A DNA stretch of 64,000 nt. It comes from Escherichia phage JY01. Of the stretch, positions 1-12,813 are shown in pieces (position 1 is the stretch's first letter; each line of letters opens with the position of its first letter). Where the stretch lies: sequence record OR995200.1; one strand, written 5' to 3'. Position numbers and translations under genes: made by a program. The notes under the pieces are model-generated. The model saw nothing but the letters and a program-made list of their open reading frames with translations, was not told the DNA's origin and made no database searches.

Positions 1-1836
<1,836 letters not shown>

Positions 1837-1864
1837 TATTAAAGCATATTAAAGAGGATTAAAA

Positions 1865-3844
1865 ATGACTTTATTATCTCCGGGCATTGAGCTCAAAGAA
1901 ACTACGGTTCAAAGCACCGTGGTTAATAACTCTACTGGTACAGCAGCTTTGGCCGGTAAATTCCAGTGGGGTCCTGCTTTTCAGATTAAACAGGTTACAA
2001 ATGAAGTAGATTTAGTTAATACTTTTGGTCAACCAACCGCTGAAACTGCTGACTATTTTATGTCTGCGATGAATTTCTTGCAGTACGGAAATGACTTACG
2101 AGTAGTTCGTGCTGTTGATAGAGATACCGCTAAAAACTCATCGCCAATTGCTGGTAATATTGAATACACAATTTCTACCCCAGGTAGTAACTATGCAGTT
2201 GGAGATAAAATCACGGTCAAATATGTTTCAGATGATATTGAAACTGAAGGTAAAATTACTGAAGTAGACGCAGATGGAAAAATTAAGAAAATTAATATTC
2301 CTACTGCAAAAATTATCGCTAAAGCTAAAGAAGTTGGCGAATACCCAACATTAGGTTCTAACTGGACTGCAGAAATTTCTTCATCTTCTTCCGGTTTAGC
2401 TGCAGTAATAACTCTTGGAAAAATTATTACTGATTCCGGTATTTTATTAGCTGAAATCGAGAGCGCTGAAACTGCTATGACAGCAGTTGATTTTCAGGCA
2501 AATCTTGAAAAATATGGAATTCCAGGAGTAGTAGCTCTCTATCCAGGCGAATTAGGCGATAAAATTGAAATTGAAATCGTATCTAAAGCTGACTATGCGA
2601 AAGGCGCTTCTGCATTACTGCCAATTTATCCAGGTGGTGGTACTCGTGCATCTACTGCCAAGGCAGTATTTGGATATGGACCGCAGACTGACTCACAGTA
2701 CGCTATTATAGTTCGTCGAAATGATGCTATTGTTCAAAGCGTTGTTCTTTCAACTAAGCGTGGTGAAAAAGATATTTACGATAGTAACATCTATATCGAT
2801 GACTTTTTCGCAAAAGGTGGTTCAGAATATATTTTTGCAACTGCACAAAACTGGCCAGAAGGATTCTCTGGAATTTTAACTCTTTCTGGTGGATTATCAT
2901 CAAATGCTGAAGTAACAGCAGGAGATTTGATGGAAGCTTGGGACTTCTTTGCTGATCGCGAATCTGTAGATGTTCAGCTTTTTATTGCTGGTTCTTGTGC
3001 CGGTGAATCTCTTGAAACAGCATCTACTGTCCAAAAACACGTCGTTTCAATTGGTGATGCTCGCCAGGATTGCTTAGTATTGTGCTCACCACCGCGTGAA
3101 ACTGTAGTTGGAATTCCTGTAACCCGTGCTGTTGACAACTTAGTCAATTGGAGAACTGCCGCAGGTTCATATACTGATAATAACTTTAATATTAGTTCAA
3201 CCTACGCAGCAATTGATGGTAACTACAAATATCAGTATGACAAATATAATGATGTGAATCGTTGGGTTCCATTAGCAGCTGATATTGCTGGTTTATGCGC
3301 AAGAACTGATAACGTATCTCAGACTTGGATGTCACCAGCTGGTTATAATCGTGGCCAGATTCTTAACGTTATTAAACTTGCTATTGAAACTCGCCAGGCA
3401 CAACGTGACCGCTTATATCAAGAAGCTATCAACCCAGTAACTGGTACAGGTGGTGATGGTTACGTATTGTATGGTGATAAAACAGCTACTTCTGTTCCTT
3501 CTCCATTTGATCGTATTAACGTTCGTCGTCTGTTTAATATGTTGAAAACGAATATCGGACGTAGTTCAAAATATCGTTTGTTCGAATTAAACAACGCGTT
3601 TACTCGTTCTTCATTCCGTACAGAAACTGCTCAGTACTTGCAAGGAATTAAAGCTCTTGGCGGAATTTATGAATATCGTGTAGTTTGCGATACAACAAAT
3701 AACACTCCGTCAGTAATTGATAGAAATGAGTTTGTTGCAACATTCTACATCCAACCGGCTAGAAGCATTAACTACATTACCTTAAACTTCGTAGCAACTG
3801 CTACTGGTGCAGATTTCGATGAGTTAACTGGTCTTGCTGGTTAA
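1865..3844 (+). CDS. 18: contractile tail sheath protein gp18
   Basis: 659 aa, same length and N-terminus as T4 gp18 as I recall it; late promoter TATAAATA 30 bp upstream. Confidence 0.95.
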   Translation: MTLLSPGIELKETTVQSTVVNNSTGTAALAGKFQWGPAFQIKQVTNEVDLVNTFGQPTAETADYFMSAMNFLQYGNDLRVVRAVDRDTAKNSSPIAGNIEYTISTPGSNYAVGDKITVKYVSDDIETEGKITEVDADGKIKKINIPTAKIIAKAKEVGEYPTLGSNWTAEISSSSSGLAAVITLGKIITDSGILLAEIESAETAMTAVDFQANLEKYGIPGVVALYPGELGDKIEIEIVSKADYAKGASALLPIYPGGGTRASTAKAVFGYGPQTDSQYAIIVRRNDAIVQSVVLSTKRGEKDIYDSNIYIDDFFAKGGSEYIFATAQNWPEGFSGILTLSGGLSSNAEVTAGDLMEAWDFFADRESVDVQLFIAGSCAGESLETASTVQKHVVSIGDARQDCLVLCSPPRETVVGIPVTRAVDNLVNWRTAAGSYTDNNFNISSTYAAIDGNYKYQYDKYNDVNRWVPLAADIAGLCARTDNVSQTWMSPAGYNRGQILNVIKLAIETRQAQRDRLYQEAINPVTGTGGDGYVLYGDKTATSVPSPFDRINVRRLFNMLKTNIGRSSKYRLFELNNAFTRSSFRTETAQYLQGIKALGGIYEYRVVCDTTNNTPSVIDRNEFVATFYIQPARSINYITLNFVATATGADFDELTGLAG

Positions 3845-3860
3845 TACGGTGCATTCTAAA

Positions 3861-3878
3861 GGCCTGTTTCGACAGGCC
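3861..3878 (+). terminator. stem-loop after gene 18 (tetraloop TTCG)
   Basis: GGCCTGT-TTCG-ACAGGCC, 7-bp GC-rich stem. Confidence 0.5.
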
Positions 3879-3879
3879 A

Positions 3880-3887
3880 TATAAATA
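3880..3887 (+). promoter_or_regulatory. late promoter (TATAAATA) upstream of gene 19
   Basis: exact TATAAATA directly after the post-gene-18 hairpin. Confidence 0.6.
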
Positions 3888-3938
3888 CACTATATCCTTA
3901 ATTCTTTAATTCTATATGCCCTAGGTTAAACATAGGGA

Positions 3939-3946
3939 TATAAATA
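3939..3946 (+). promoter_or_regulatory. late promoter (TATAAATA) for gene 19
   Basis: exact TATAAATA 15 bp upstream of the gene 19 ATG. Confidence 0.65.
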
Positions 3947-3960
3947 CTACAGAGGCTAAT

Positions 3961-4452
3961 ATGTTTGTAGATGATGTAACACGAGCGTTTGAATCTGGTG
4001 ATTTTGCTCGACCTAACTTATTCCAAGTAGAAATTTCTTATCTTGGACAAAATTTTACGTTTCAATGTAAAGCCACTGCTTTACCAGCTGGTATTGTAGA
4101 AAAAATTCCAGTCGGATTCATGAACCGTAAAATTAACGTAGCAGGCGATCGTACATTCGATGACTGGACTGTTACAGTAATGAACGATGAGGCACATGAT
4201 GCTCGTCAGAAGTTTGTTGATTGGCAAAGCATTGCTGCTGGTCAAGGAAACGAAATTACTGGTGGAAAACCTGCAGAGTATAAAAAGAGCGCTATCGTTC
4301 GTCAATATGCTCGTGACGCTAAAACAGTAACAAAAGAAATTGAAATTAAAGGTCTATGGCCTACTAACGTGGGCGAACTTCAATTAGATTGGGATTCAAA
4401 CAATGAAATCCAAACATTTGAAGTAACTCTTGCTCTCGATTATTGGGAATAA
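3961..4452 (+). CDS. 19: tail tube protein gp19
   Basis: 163 aa, T4 gp19 length; follows gene 18. Confidence 0.93.
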   Translation: MFVDDVTRAFESGDFARPNLFQVEISYLGQNFTFQCKATALPAGIVEKIPVGFMNRKINVAGDRTFDDWTVTVMNDEAHDARQKFVDWQSIAAGQGNEITGGKPAEYKKSAIVRQYARDAKTVTKEIEIKGLWPTNVGELQLDWDSNNEIQTFEVTLALDYWE

Positions 4453-4457
4453 AATGA

Positions 4458-4475
4458 ATGGGGAGAAATCCCCAT
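4458..4475 (+). terminator. stem-loop after gene 19 (GNRA-type loop GAAA)
   Basis: ATGGGGA-GAAA-TCCCCAT, 6 nt after the gene 19 stop. Confidence 0.45.
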
Positions 4476-4484
4476 CCTGCTTAA

Positions 4485-6109
<1,625 letters not shown>

Positions 6110-6110
<1 letters not shown>

Positions 6111-6346
6111 TGGAAGGTTTAATTGAAGCTATTAAATCAAACGACCTCGTAGCCGCTCGTAAATTATTTGCTGAAGCCATGGCTGCAAGAACGACTGATT
6201 TAATCAAAGAAGAAAAAATCACTATCGCTCGTAATTTCTTAATCGAGGGTGAAGAACCTGATGACGAGGATGACGACGAAGATAGCGATGATGATAAAGA
6301 CGACAAAAAAGACAAAGACTCTGACGATGACGAGGATGATGAATAA
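6110..6346 (+). CDS. 67: prohead core protein gp67 (acidic C-terminus)
   Basis: 78 aa with poly-D/E tail, overlapping gene 20 stop (ATGA-type junction); T4 order 20-67-68-21. Confidence 0.85.
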
Positions 6347-6771
6347 TGATTCTAATCCCTGAAACTCATGAATTAGTTCTCGAGAATGTCGAAGCACTTA
6401 TTCCTGAAGCACAGGGTCGCTTTGACGAGTTGTCTTCTGCTTTAAATAAAGACGATATAAATAAAATTATCGAGAATATGCTTGATGATGAAACTGATTT
6501 AGCGGTTGCATTAGCTTCTATTAATGAAAATATGCCGTTAAATGAATTTATCGTTAAACATGTTTCTGCCCGTGGTGAAATTACTCGCACTAAAGATCGC
6601 AAAACCCGCGAACGTAATGCATTTCAAACTACCGGGTTGTCTAAAGCAAAACGTAGACAAATTGCTCGTAAAGCTACCAAAACGAAGATTGCCAATCCAG
6701 CAGGTCAATCTCGTGCTCAGCGTAAGCGTAAAAAAGCTCTTAAACGCCGTAAAGCATTAGGATTAAGCTAA
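6346..6771 (+). CDS. 68: prohead core protein gp68
   Basis: 141 aa, basic C-terminus; position between 67 and 21. Confidence 0.85.
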   Translation: MILIPETHELVLENVEALIPEAQGRFDELSSALNKDDINKIIENMLDDETDLAVALASINENMPLNEFIVKHVSARGEITRTKDRKTRERNAFQTTGLSKAKRRQIARKATKTKIANPAGQSRAQRKRKKALKRRKALGLS

Positions 6772-7409
6772 TGAATGAACCCCAATTGCTAATTGAAACT
6801 TGGGGTCAACCTGGCGAAATTATTGATGGTGTGCCAATGCTTGAATCCCATGATGGGAAAGACTTAGGTTTAAAACCTGGTTTATACATCGAAGGAATAT
6901 TCATGCAAGCAGAAGTCGTCAATAGAAATAAACGTCTTTATCCAAAACGTATATTAGAAAAAGCGGTAAAAGACTATATTAATGAGCAAGTTTTAACTAA
7001 ACAAGCTCTCGGAGAATTAAATCATCCTCCACGCGCTAATGTTGACCCGATGCAAGCCGCTATCATTATAGAAGATATGTGGTGGAAAGGAAATGACGTA
7101 TACGGACGAGCTCGTGTTATTGAAGGTGACCATGGTCCTGGAGATAAATTAGCAGCTAATATTCGTGCCGGATGGATTCCAGGAGTTTCTTCTCGTGGAT
7201 TAGGTTCATTGACTGACACAAATAAAGGTTATCGTATCGTAAACGAAGGATTCAAATTAACTGTAGGTGTTGATGCAGTATGGGGTCCAAGTGCTCCAGA
7301 TGCATGGGTAACTCCTAAGGAAATTACCGAATCACAGACGGCGGAAGCCGATACAAGTGCCGATGACGCCTATATGGCTCTCGCAGAGGCCATGAAAAAA
7401 GCGTTATAA
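6771..7409 (+). CDS. 21: prohead core protease gp21
   Basis: 212 aa, T4 gp21 length and position. Confidence 0.92.
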   Translation: MNEPQLLIETWGQPGEIIDGVPMLESHDGKDLGLKPGLYIEGIFMQAEVVNRNKRLYPKRILEKAVKDYINEQVLTKQALGELNHPPRANVDPMQAAIIIEDMWWKGNDVYGRARVIEGDHGPGDKLAANIRAGWIPGVSSRGLGSLTDTNKGYRIVNEGFKLTVGVDAVWGPSAPDAWVTPKEITESQTAEADTSADDAYMALAEAMKKAL

Positions 7410-7412
7410 ATA
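7405..7412 (+). promoter_or_regulatory. late promoter (TATAAATA) for gene 22
   Basis: exact TATAAATA ~28 bp upstream of the gene 22 ATG. Confidence 0.65.
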
Positions 7413-7439
7413 TTATTATCTAAACAACAGGACTACAAA

Positions 7440-8249
7440 ATGCTTAAAGAACAACTGATTGCCGAAGCGCAGAAAATTGATGCTTCCGTTGCTCTTGATA
7501 GTATTTTCGAATCAGTTAATATTTCTCCGGAAGCAAAAGAAACTTTCGGCACTGTATTCGAAGCTACCGTCAAGCAGCACGCCGTTAAATTAGCTGAATC
7601 TCATATCGCTAAAATTGCTGAAAAAGCAGAAGAAGAAGTAGAAAAAAATAAAGAAGAAGCAGAAGAAAAAGCTGAGAAGAAAATCGCTGAGCAAGCTTCT
7701 AAATTCCTTGACCATCTTGCAAAAGAATGGCTCACTGAAAATAAATTAGCAGTAGATAAAGGTATCAAAGCCGAACTGTTTGAATCCATGCTTGGTGGAT
7801 TGAAAGAGCTCTTCGTTGAACACAACGTTGTTGTTCCAGAAGAATCAGTTGATGTTGTAGCTGAAATGGAAGAAGAACTGCAAGAACACAAAGAAGAATC
7901 AGCTCGTCTGTTCGAAGAACTCAATAAGCGTGACGCATATATCAATTATGTGCAGCGTGAAGTGGCATTGAGCGAAAGTACTAAAGATCTGACTGAGTCT
8001 CAAAAAGAAAAAGTCTCTGCTCTGGTCGAAGGTATTGATTATTCAGATGCATTCTCAAGCAAATTGAGTGCCATCGTAGAAATGGTGAAGAAATCTAATA
8101 AAGATGAAAGCACTATTACTGAGAGTATAAATACTCCTGATACTGAAGCAGCCGGACTGAATTTCGTCACTGAAGCTGTAGAAGATAAATCTGCGCAAGG
8201 TGCAGAAGATATTGTAAGTGTATATGCGAAAGTCGCATCTCGTTTCTAA
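7440..8249 (+). CDS. 22: prohead core scaffold protein gp22
   Basis: 269 aa, highly charged, predicted coiled coil; late promoter upstream. Confidence 0.92.
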   Translation: MLKEQLIAEAQKIDASVALDSIFESVNISPEAKETFGTVFEATVKQHAVKLAESHIAKIAEKAEEEVEKNKEEAEEKAEKKIAEQASKFLDHLAKEWLTENKLAVDKGIKAELFESMLGGLKELFVEHNVVVPEESVDVVAEMEEELQEHKEESARLFEELNKRDAYINYVQREVALSESTKDLTESQKEKVSALVEGIDYSDAFSSKLSAIVEMVKKSNKDESTITESINTPDTEAAGLNFVTEAVEDKSAQGAEDIVSVYAKVASRF

Positions 8250-8267
8250 TTTTAAAGGTTAACACAA

Positions 8268-9833
8268 ATGACTATCAAAACTAAAGCTGAACTTTTGAAC
8301 AAATGGAAGCCATTACTGGAAGGTGAAGGTTTACCGGAAATTGCTAATAGCAAACAAGCGATTATCGCTAAAATCTTTGAAAACCAGGAAAAAGATTTCC
8401 AGACAGCTCCGGAATATAAAGACGAAAAAATTGCTCAGGCATTCGGTTCTTTCTTAACAGAAGCTGAAATCGGTGGTGACCACGGTTACAATGCTACCAA
8501 CATCGCTGCAGGTCAGACTTCTGGCGCAGTAACTCAGATTGGCCCAGCTGTTATGGGTATGGTACGTCGTGCTATTCCTAACCTGATTGCTTTCGATATT
8601 TGCGGTGTTCAGCCGATGAACAGCCCGACTGGTCAGGTATTCGCACTTCGTGCGGTATATGGTAAAGACCCAATCGCTTCCGGCGCTAAAGAAGCATTCC
8701 ACCCAATGTATGGTCCAGATGCAATGTTCTCTGGTCAGGGTGCTGCTAAGAAATTCGCTGCTTTGAAAGCAAGTGATACTCTTGAAGTTGGAACTATTTA
8801 CACCCACTTCTTCCAGGACACTGGTACTGTGTATCTGCAAGCTACAGAAGCTAAACAAATTGATTCAGGCGCATCTGACGCAGCTAAATTAGATGCTGAA
8901 ATTAAGAAACAAATGGAAGCAGGTGTACTGGTAGAAATCGCTGAAGGTATGGCTACTTCTATCGCTGAACTCCAGGAAGGTTTTAACGGTTCTACCGATA
9001 ACCCATGGAATGAAATGGGCTTCCGTATCGATAAGCAAGTTATCGAAGCTAAATCTCGTCAGCTGAAAGCTGCTTACTCTATTGAATTAGCACAAGACCT
9101 CCGCGCTGTTCATGGTATGGATGCTGATGCTGAACTGTCTGGTATTCTGGCTACCGAAATTATGCTGGAAATCAACCGCGAAGTTGTTGATTGGATTAAC
9201 TACTCCGCTCAGGTTGGTAAATCTGGTATGACCCTGACTCCGGGTTCTAAAGCTGGTGTATTCGACTTCCAGGACCCAATCGATATTCGTGGTGCTCGCT
9301 GGGCGGGTGAATCCTTTAAAGCTCTGTTGTTCCAGATTGACAAAGAAGCAGTTGAAATTGCTCGTCAAACCGGTCGTGGTGAAGGTAACTTCATTATCGC
9401 TTCCCGTAACGTAGTTAACGTTCTGGCTTCAGTTGATACCGGCATTTCTTATGCTGCACAAGGTCTGGCTACCGGCTTTAACACTGATACTACCAAGTCA
9501 GTATTTGCTGGTGTTCTGGGTGGTAAATACCGTGTATATATCGACCAGTATGCTAAACAGGATTATTTCACTGTAGGTTATAAAGGTCCGAACGAAATGG
9601 ATGCTGGTATTTACTACGCTCCATATGTAGCTCTGACTCCACTGCGTGGTTCTGATCCGAAGAACTTCCAACCGGTAATGGGGTTCAAAACTCGTTACGG
9701 TATCGGTATCAACCCATTTGCAGAATCCGCTGCTCAGGCTCCGGCTTCTCGCATTCAGAGTGGTATGCCTTCTATCCTGAACAGCCTTGGTAAGAACGCT
9801 TACTTCCGCCGTGTATATGTTAAAGGTATCTAA
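8268..9833 (+). CDS. 23: major capsid protein gp23
   Basis: 521 aa, T4 gp23 length; high-expression codon usage; terminator hairpin downstream. Confidence 0.96.
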   Translation: MTIKTKAELLNKWKPLLEGEGLPEIANSKQAIIAKIFENQEKDFQTAPEYKDEKIAQAFGSFLTEAEIGGDHGYNATNIAAGQTSGAVTQIGPAVMGMVRRAIPNLIAFDICGVQPMNSPTGQVFALRAVYGKDPIASGAKEAFHPMYGPDAMFSGQGAAKKFAALKASDTLEVGTIYTHFFQDTGTVYLQATEAKQIDSGASDAAKLDAEIKKQMEAGVLVEIAEGMATSIAELQEGFNGSTDNPWNEMGFRIDKQVIEAKSRQLKAAYSIELAQDLRAVHGMDADAELSGILATEIMLEINREVVDWINYSAQVGKSGMTLTPGSKAGVFDFQDPIDIRGARWAGESFKALLFQIDKEAVEIARQTGRGEGNFIIASRNVVNVLASVDTGISYAAQGLATGFNTDTTKSVFAGVLGGKYRVYIDQYAKQDYFTVGYKGPNEMDAGIYYAPYVALTPLRGSDPKNFQPVMGFKTRYGIGINPFAESAAQAPASRIQSGMPSILNSLGKNAYFRRVYVKGI

Positions 9834-9846
9834 TCTTTGACGATTT

Positions 9847-9866
9847 AAGGGACCTTCGGGTCCCTT
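9847..9866 (+). terminator. terminator hairpin after gene 23
   Basis: GGGACC-TTCG-GGTCCC followed by a T-rich run. Confidence 0.65.
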
Positions 9867-9881
9867 TAGTTGTTTTTATGG

Positions 9882-9889
9882 TATAAATA
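9882..9889 (+). promoter_or_regulatory. late promoter (TATAAATA) for gene 24
   Basis: exact TATAAATA ~28 bp upstream of the gene 24 ATG, after the gene 23 terminator. Confidence 0.65.
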
Positions 9890-9916
9890 AATCATATAAA
9901 CTGAAAGGAAAGCGCA

Positions 9917-11200
9917 ATGGCTAAAATCAACGAACTTCTGCGCGAATCAACCACAACGAATAGCAACTCAATCGGTCGCCCAAATCTCGTTGCTTTGACT
10001 CGCGCTACCACTAAATTAATATATTCTGACATTGTAGCAACGCAAAGAACTAATCAACCTGTTGCTGCTTTTTATGGTATCAAATACCTTAACCCAGACA
10101 ATGAATTTACATTTAAAACTGGTGCTACTTATGCTGGCGAAGCTGGATATGTAGACCGAGAAAAAATCACAGAATTAACAGAAGAGTCTAAATTAACTCT
10201 CAATAAAGGCGATTTATTCAAATATAATAATATCGTTTATAAAGTATTAGAAGATACACCATTTGCTGATATTGAAGAAAGTGATTTAGAATTAGCTCTT
10301 CAGATTGCAATTGTTCTTTTAAAGGTTCGTCTATTTTCTGACGCAGCGTCAACAAGCAAATTTGAAAGCTCTGATAGTGAAATTGCGGATGCTAGATTCC
10401 AGATTAATAAATGGCAAACCGCAGTTAAATCTCGTAAACTTAAAACTGGTATCACGGTTGAATTAGCACAAGATTTAGAAGCAAATGGATTCGATGCTCC
10501 TAATTTCTTAGAAGATTTGCTTGCAACTGAAATGGCAGATGAAATCAATAAAGATATTCTGCAGTCTTTGATTACAGTATCAAAACGTTATAAAGTTACA
10601 GGAATTACTGATACTGGATTCATTGATTTGAGTTATGCATCTGCACCTGAAGCTGGTCGTTCATTATACCGAATGGTATGCGAAATGGTTTCGCATATCC
10701 AAAAAGAATCAACTTATACAGCAACGTTCTGTGTTGCTTCTGCTCGTGCCGCTGCGATTCTTGCTGCATCTGGTTGGTTAAAACATAAACCAGAAGATGA
10801 CAAGTATCTTTCACAAAATGCCTATGGGTTCTTAGCTAATGGTTTACCGCTTTATTGCGATACTAACAGCCCATTAGATTATGTAATCGTTGGCGTAGTA
10901 GAAAATATCGGTGAAAAAGAAATTGTTGGATCAATTTTCTATGCTCCGTATACAGAAGGTCTCGACTTAGATGACCCTGAACATGTAGGTGCATTTAAAG
11001 TTGTGGTTGATCCAGAAAGCTTACAACCGTCTATCGGTTTATTAGTTAGATATGCTTTATCTGCAAATCCTTACACCGTAGCAAAAGATGAAAAAGAAGC
11101 AAGAGTAATTGATGGTGGAGACATGGATAAAATGGCGGGTCGTTCAGATTTGTCTGTTTTATTAGGTGTTAAATTACCAAAAATTATTATCGATGAATAA
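9917..11200 (+). CDS. 24: capsid vertex protein gp24
   Basis: 427 aa, gp23 paralogue fold, T4 gp24 length; late promoter upstream. Confidence 0.93.
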   Translation: MAKINELLRESTTTNSNSIGRPNLVALTRATTKLIYSDIVATQRTNQPVAAFYGIKYLNPDNEFTFKTGATYAGEAGYVDREKITELTEESKLTLNKGDLFKYNNIVYKVLEDTPFADIEESDLELALQIAIVLLKVRLFSDAASTSKFESSDSEIADARFQINKWQTAVKSRKLKTGITVELAQDLEANGFDAPNFLEDLLATEMADEINKDILQSLITVSKRYKVTGITDTGFIDLSYASAPEAGRSLYRMVCEMVSHIQKESTYTATFCVASARAAAILAASGWLKHKPEDDKYLSQNAYGFLANGLPLYCDTNSPLDYVIVGVVENIGEKEIVGSIFYAPYTEGLDLDDPEHVGAFKVVVDPESLQPSIGLLVRYALSANPYTVAKDEKEARVIDGGDMDKMAGRSDLSVLLGVKLPKIIIDE

Positions 11201-11206
11201 AACAAA

Positions 11207-11222
11207 GGGACCTTTCGGTCCC
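11207..11222. terminator. bidirectional terminator between convergent genes 24 and rnlB
   Basis: GGGACC-TTTC-GGTCCC followed by TTTTTATTT. Confidence 0.65.
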
Positions 11223-11229
11223 TTTTTAT

Positions 11230-12234
11230 TTAGCTCACCAACTCAATCCAAGCTGGACGAAGTACATCTTGCGCCATTTTAACTAATTCCTTTTTAATCA
11301 AAGAAGGATTATCTGCTTGAGTTAGAGTAATACCTTCACGAGAAGTTTCTTCCAAAATATCTTGGACAGTTAGCCCCATCACCTTTCCAAAATCCTTTGG
11401 ACCAATTTCGCCAATTTTAGAAATAACGTTATTTACTCGGTTCAGTGTAACGTAACAAGCTAAAATTCCCACCAATTTGTTATCAGCTTCTGACAATTCA
11501 ACTTTAGCTTTAATAGGCTTATCAGACTTTTTCTTTTCACTAAATTTAGAATTCTTGCATTTGATGGCTACACGATTGCGATTAGGCAGCCAAGAAGGAT
11601 AACAAGGTTTCAATACATATCCTTCAGCGGTAAATACTTCGCCTTTGGCTTCGGCATTCCAAACGCATTTATTTGCATCAACTAATCCAGCATGGTCTAC
11701 TGTAAAATTATAATCTTGGACGACAGAATCTAAATCATTTGGCAATTTAATAAGCTCTTCAAATTTACCGCGACCTAAAAGTGGAGCCATTTTAAATTTA
11801 AATGTATTGCAGAATGATTCCATCATATAATCATCGACATAAGTCACGTCACCACTTTCTGTAGTGACAATAATGTCAAATACATAGAAATCTTTATCAC
11901 CATAATCAACATTCTTCTGAATGCCAGGTCCAGCGAATTCGCCAAAAACTTGATAAGTCACAACAGCTGAAGTTTCCATAATATCTTGTACTGCTTTAAT
12001 AGAATCAGCGTAATTCTTCAAAATAATTTCATACCCAAAGAAATCTTCAGCAGGAAGAATCGGTCCAGTACGTTTAGCGCAAGTTACTTTATCACGCTCA
12101 ATAATCAATGAGAAATTTGTGCCGTGAATCTTTTCACGAGCTACCCATTCGCCGCCAGTCAATCCCAAGCTATAAAGTTTTTCAATAAATTTAGAGTTGT
12201 AATGATTTTCAAGACTGCTATACTTTTTAAACAT
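11230..12234 (-). CDS. rnlB: RNA ligase 2 (Rnl2)
   Basis: 334 aa; nucleotidyltransferase motif KIHGTN near N-terminus; T4 Rnl2 length and position after gene 24. Confidence 0.9.
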   Translation of the reverse strand: MFKKYSSLENHYNSKFIEKLYSLGLTGGEWVAREKIHGTNFSLIIERDKVTCAKRTGPILPAEDFFGYEIILKNYADSIKAVQDIMETSAVVTYQVFGEFAGPGIQKNVDYGDKDFYVFDIIVTTESGDVTYVDDYMMESFCNTFKFKMAPLLGRGKFEELIKLPNDLDSVVQDYNFTVDHAGLVDANKCVWNAEAKGEVFTAEGYVLKPCYPSWLPNRNRVAIKCKNSKFSEKKKSDKPIKAKVELSEADNKLVGILACYVTLNRVNNVISKIGEIGPKDFGKVMGLTVQDILEETSREGITLTQADNPSLIKKELVKMAQDVLRPAWIELVS

Positions 12235-12243
12235 AATTAATCC

Positions 12244-12522
12244 TCAAAATGTAATTTCTAACCAATCACCATCACGCTGATCACTATTGACTTTAAAATT
12301 AAATCCTTCTTTTCTCAGCCAATCACCAATTTCTTCAGTAATCAATTTATCACGAGCAGTACAATAATAACTAAAATATGTTTTACCTTGTTCAGCTGCT
12401 TTATTAGCAAGTTCTGAAAAATCTTTAATAAAACACTCTAGTTTAAACTGTTTACTTTTTAATGCTTTTTCACGTAATTGATTAGCAAAAGATTCATTTT
12501 CATAAAGATCATACTGTTCCAT
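12244..12522 (-). CDS. hypothetical protein (24.2-like)
   Basis: 92-aa ORF between rnlB and hoc, tight spacing. Confidence 0.6.
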   Translation of the reverse strand: MEQYDLYENESFANQLREKALKSKQFKLECFIKDFSELANKAAEQGKTYFSYYCTARDKLITEEIGDWLRKEGFNFKVNSDQRDGDWLEITF

Positions 12523-12724
12523 TTTTCACCTTTTTATTAATGTGTCTTTTTCTATAGACAACTTTTTCTCGAGTCTCAAATTTATTCTTTGCAGTCATAG
12601 CTCGAGCCCATAATACAGCCACTTCTTTCGCCTGTAAGTTTAATTCACGAGCAATTTCAATGAATGACTTTCCAGACTCATGAAGTGTAAACACCACAAC
12701 TTCAGTTCTCATAATCAATCTCAT
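12509..12724 (-). CDS. hypothetical protein (24.3-like)
   Basis: 71-aa ORF overlapping the downstream ORF start. Confidence 0.55.
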   Translation of the reverse strand: MRLIMRTEVVVFTLHESGKSFIEIARELNLQAKEVAVLWARAMTAKNKFETREKVVYRKRHINKKVKNGTV

Positions 12725-12793
12725 GTTATCGAGTTGGTGCCATTATATACATCATTTTCTGATTGTGTTTTGTGTGCTTTCAAAATGAAGAAA

Positions 12794-12807
12794 GGGGCCG
12801 AAGCCCC
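12794..12807 (-). terminator. stem-loop after hoc
   Basis: minus strand GGGGC-TTCG-GCCCC then a U-rich run. Confidence 0.5.
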
Positions 12808-12813
12808 TTTCGA

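Noticed and set aside
4081-4305. 74-aa antisense ORF inside gene 19
   Set aside because: Lies entirely within a well-supported structural gene on the opposite strand and has no SD; treated as a shadow ORF.
7601-8858. Antisense ORFs of 114 and 134 aa within genes 22 and 23
   Set aside because: Embedded in highly expressed capsid genes on the opposite strand with no start signals.
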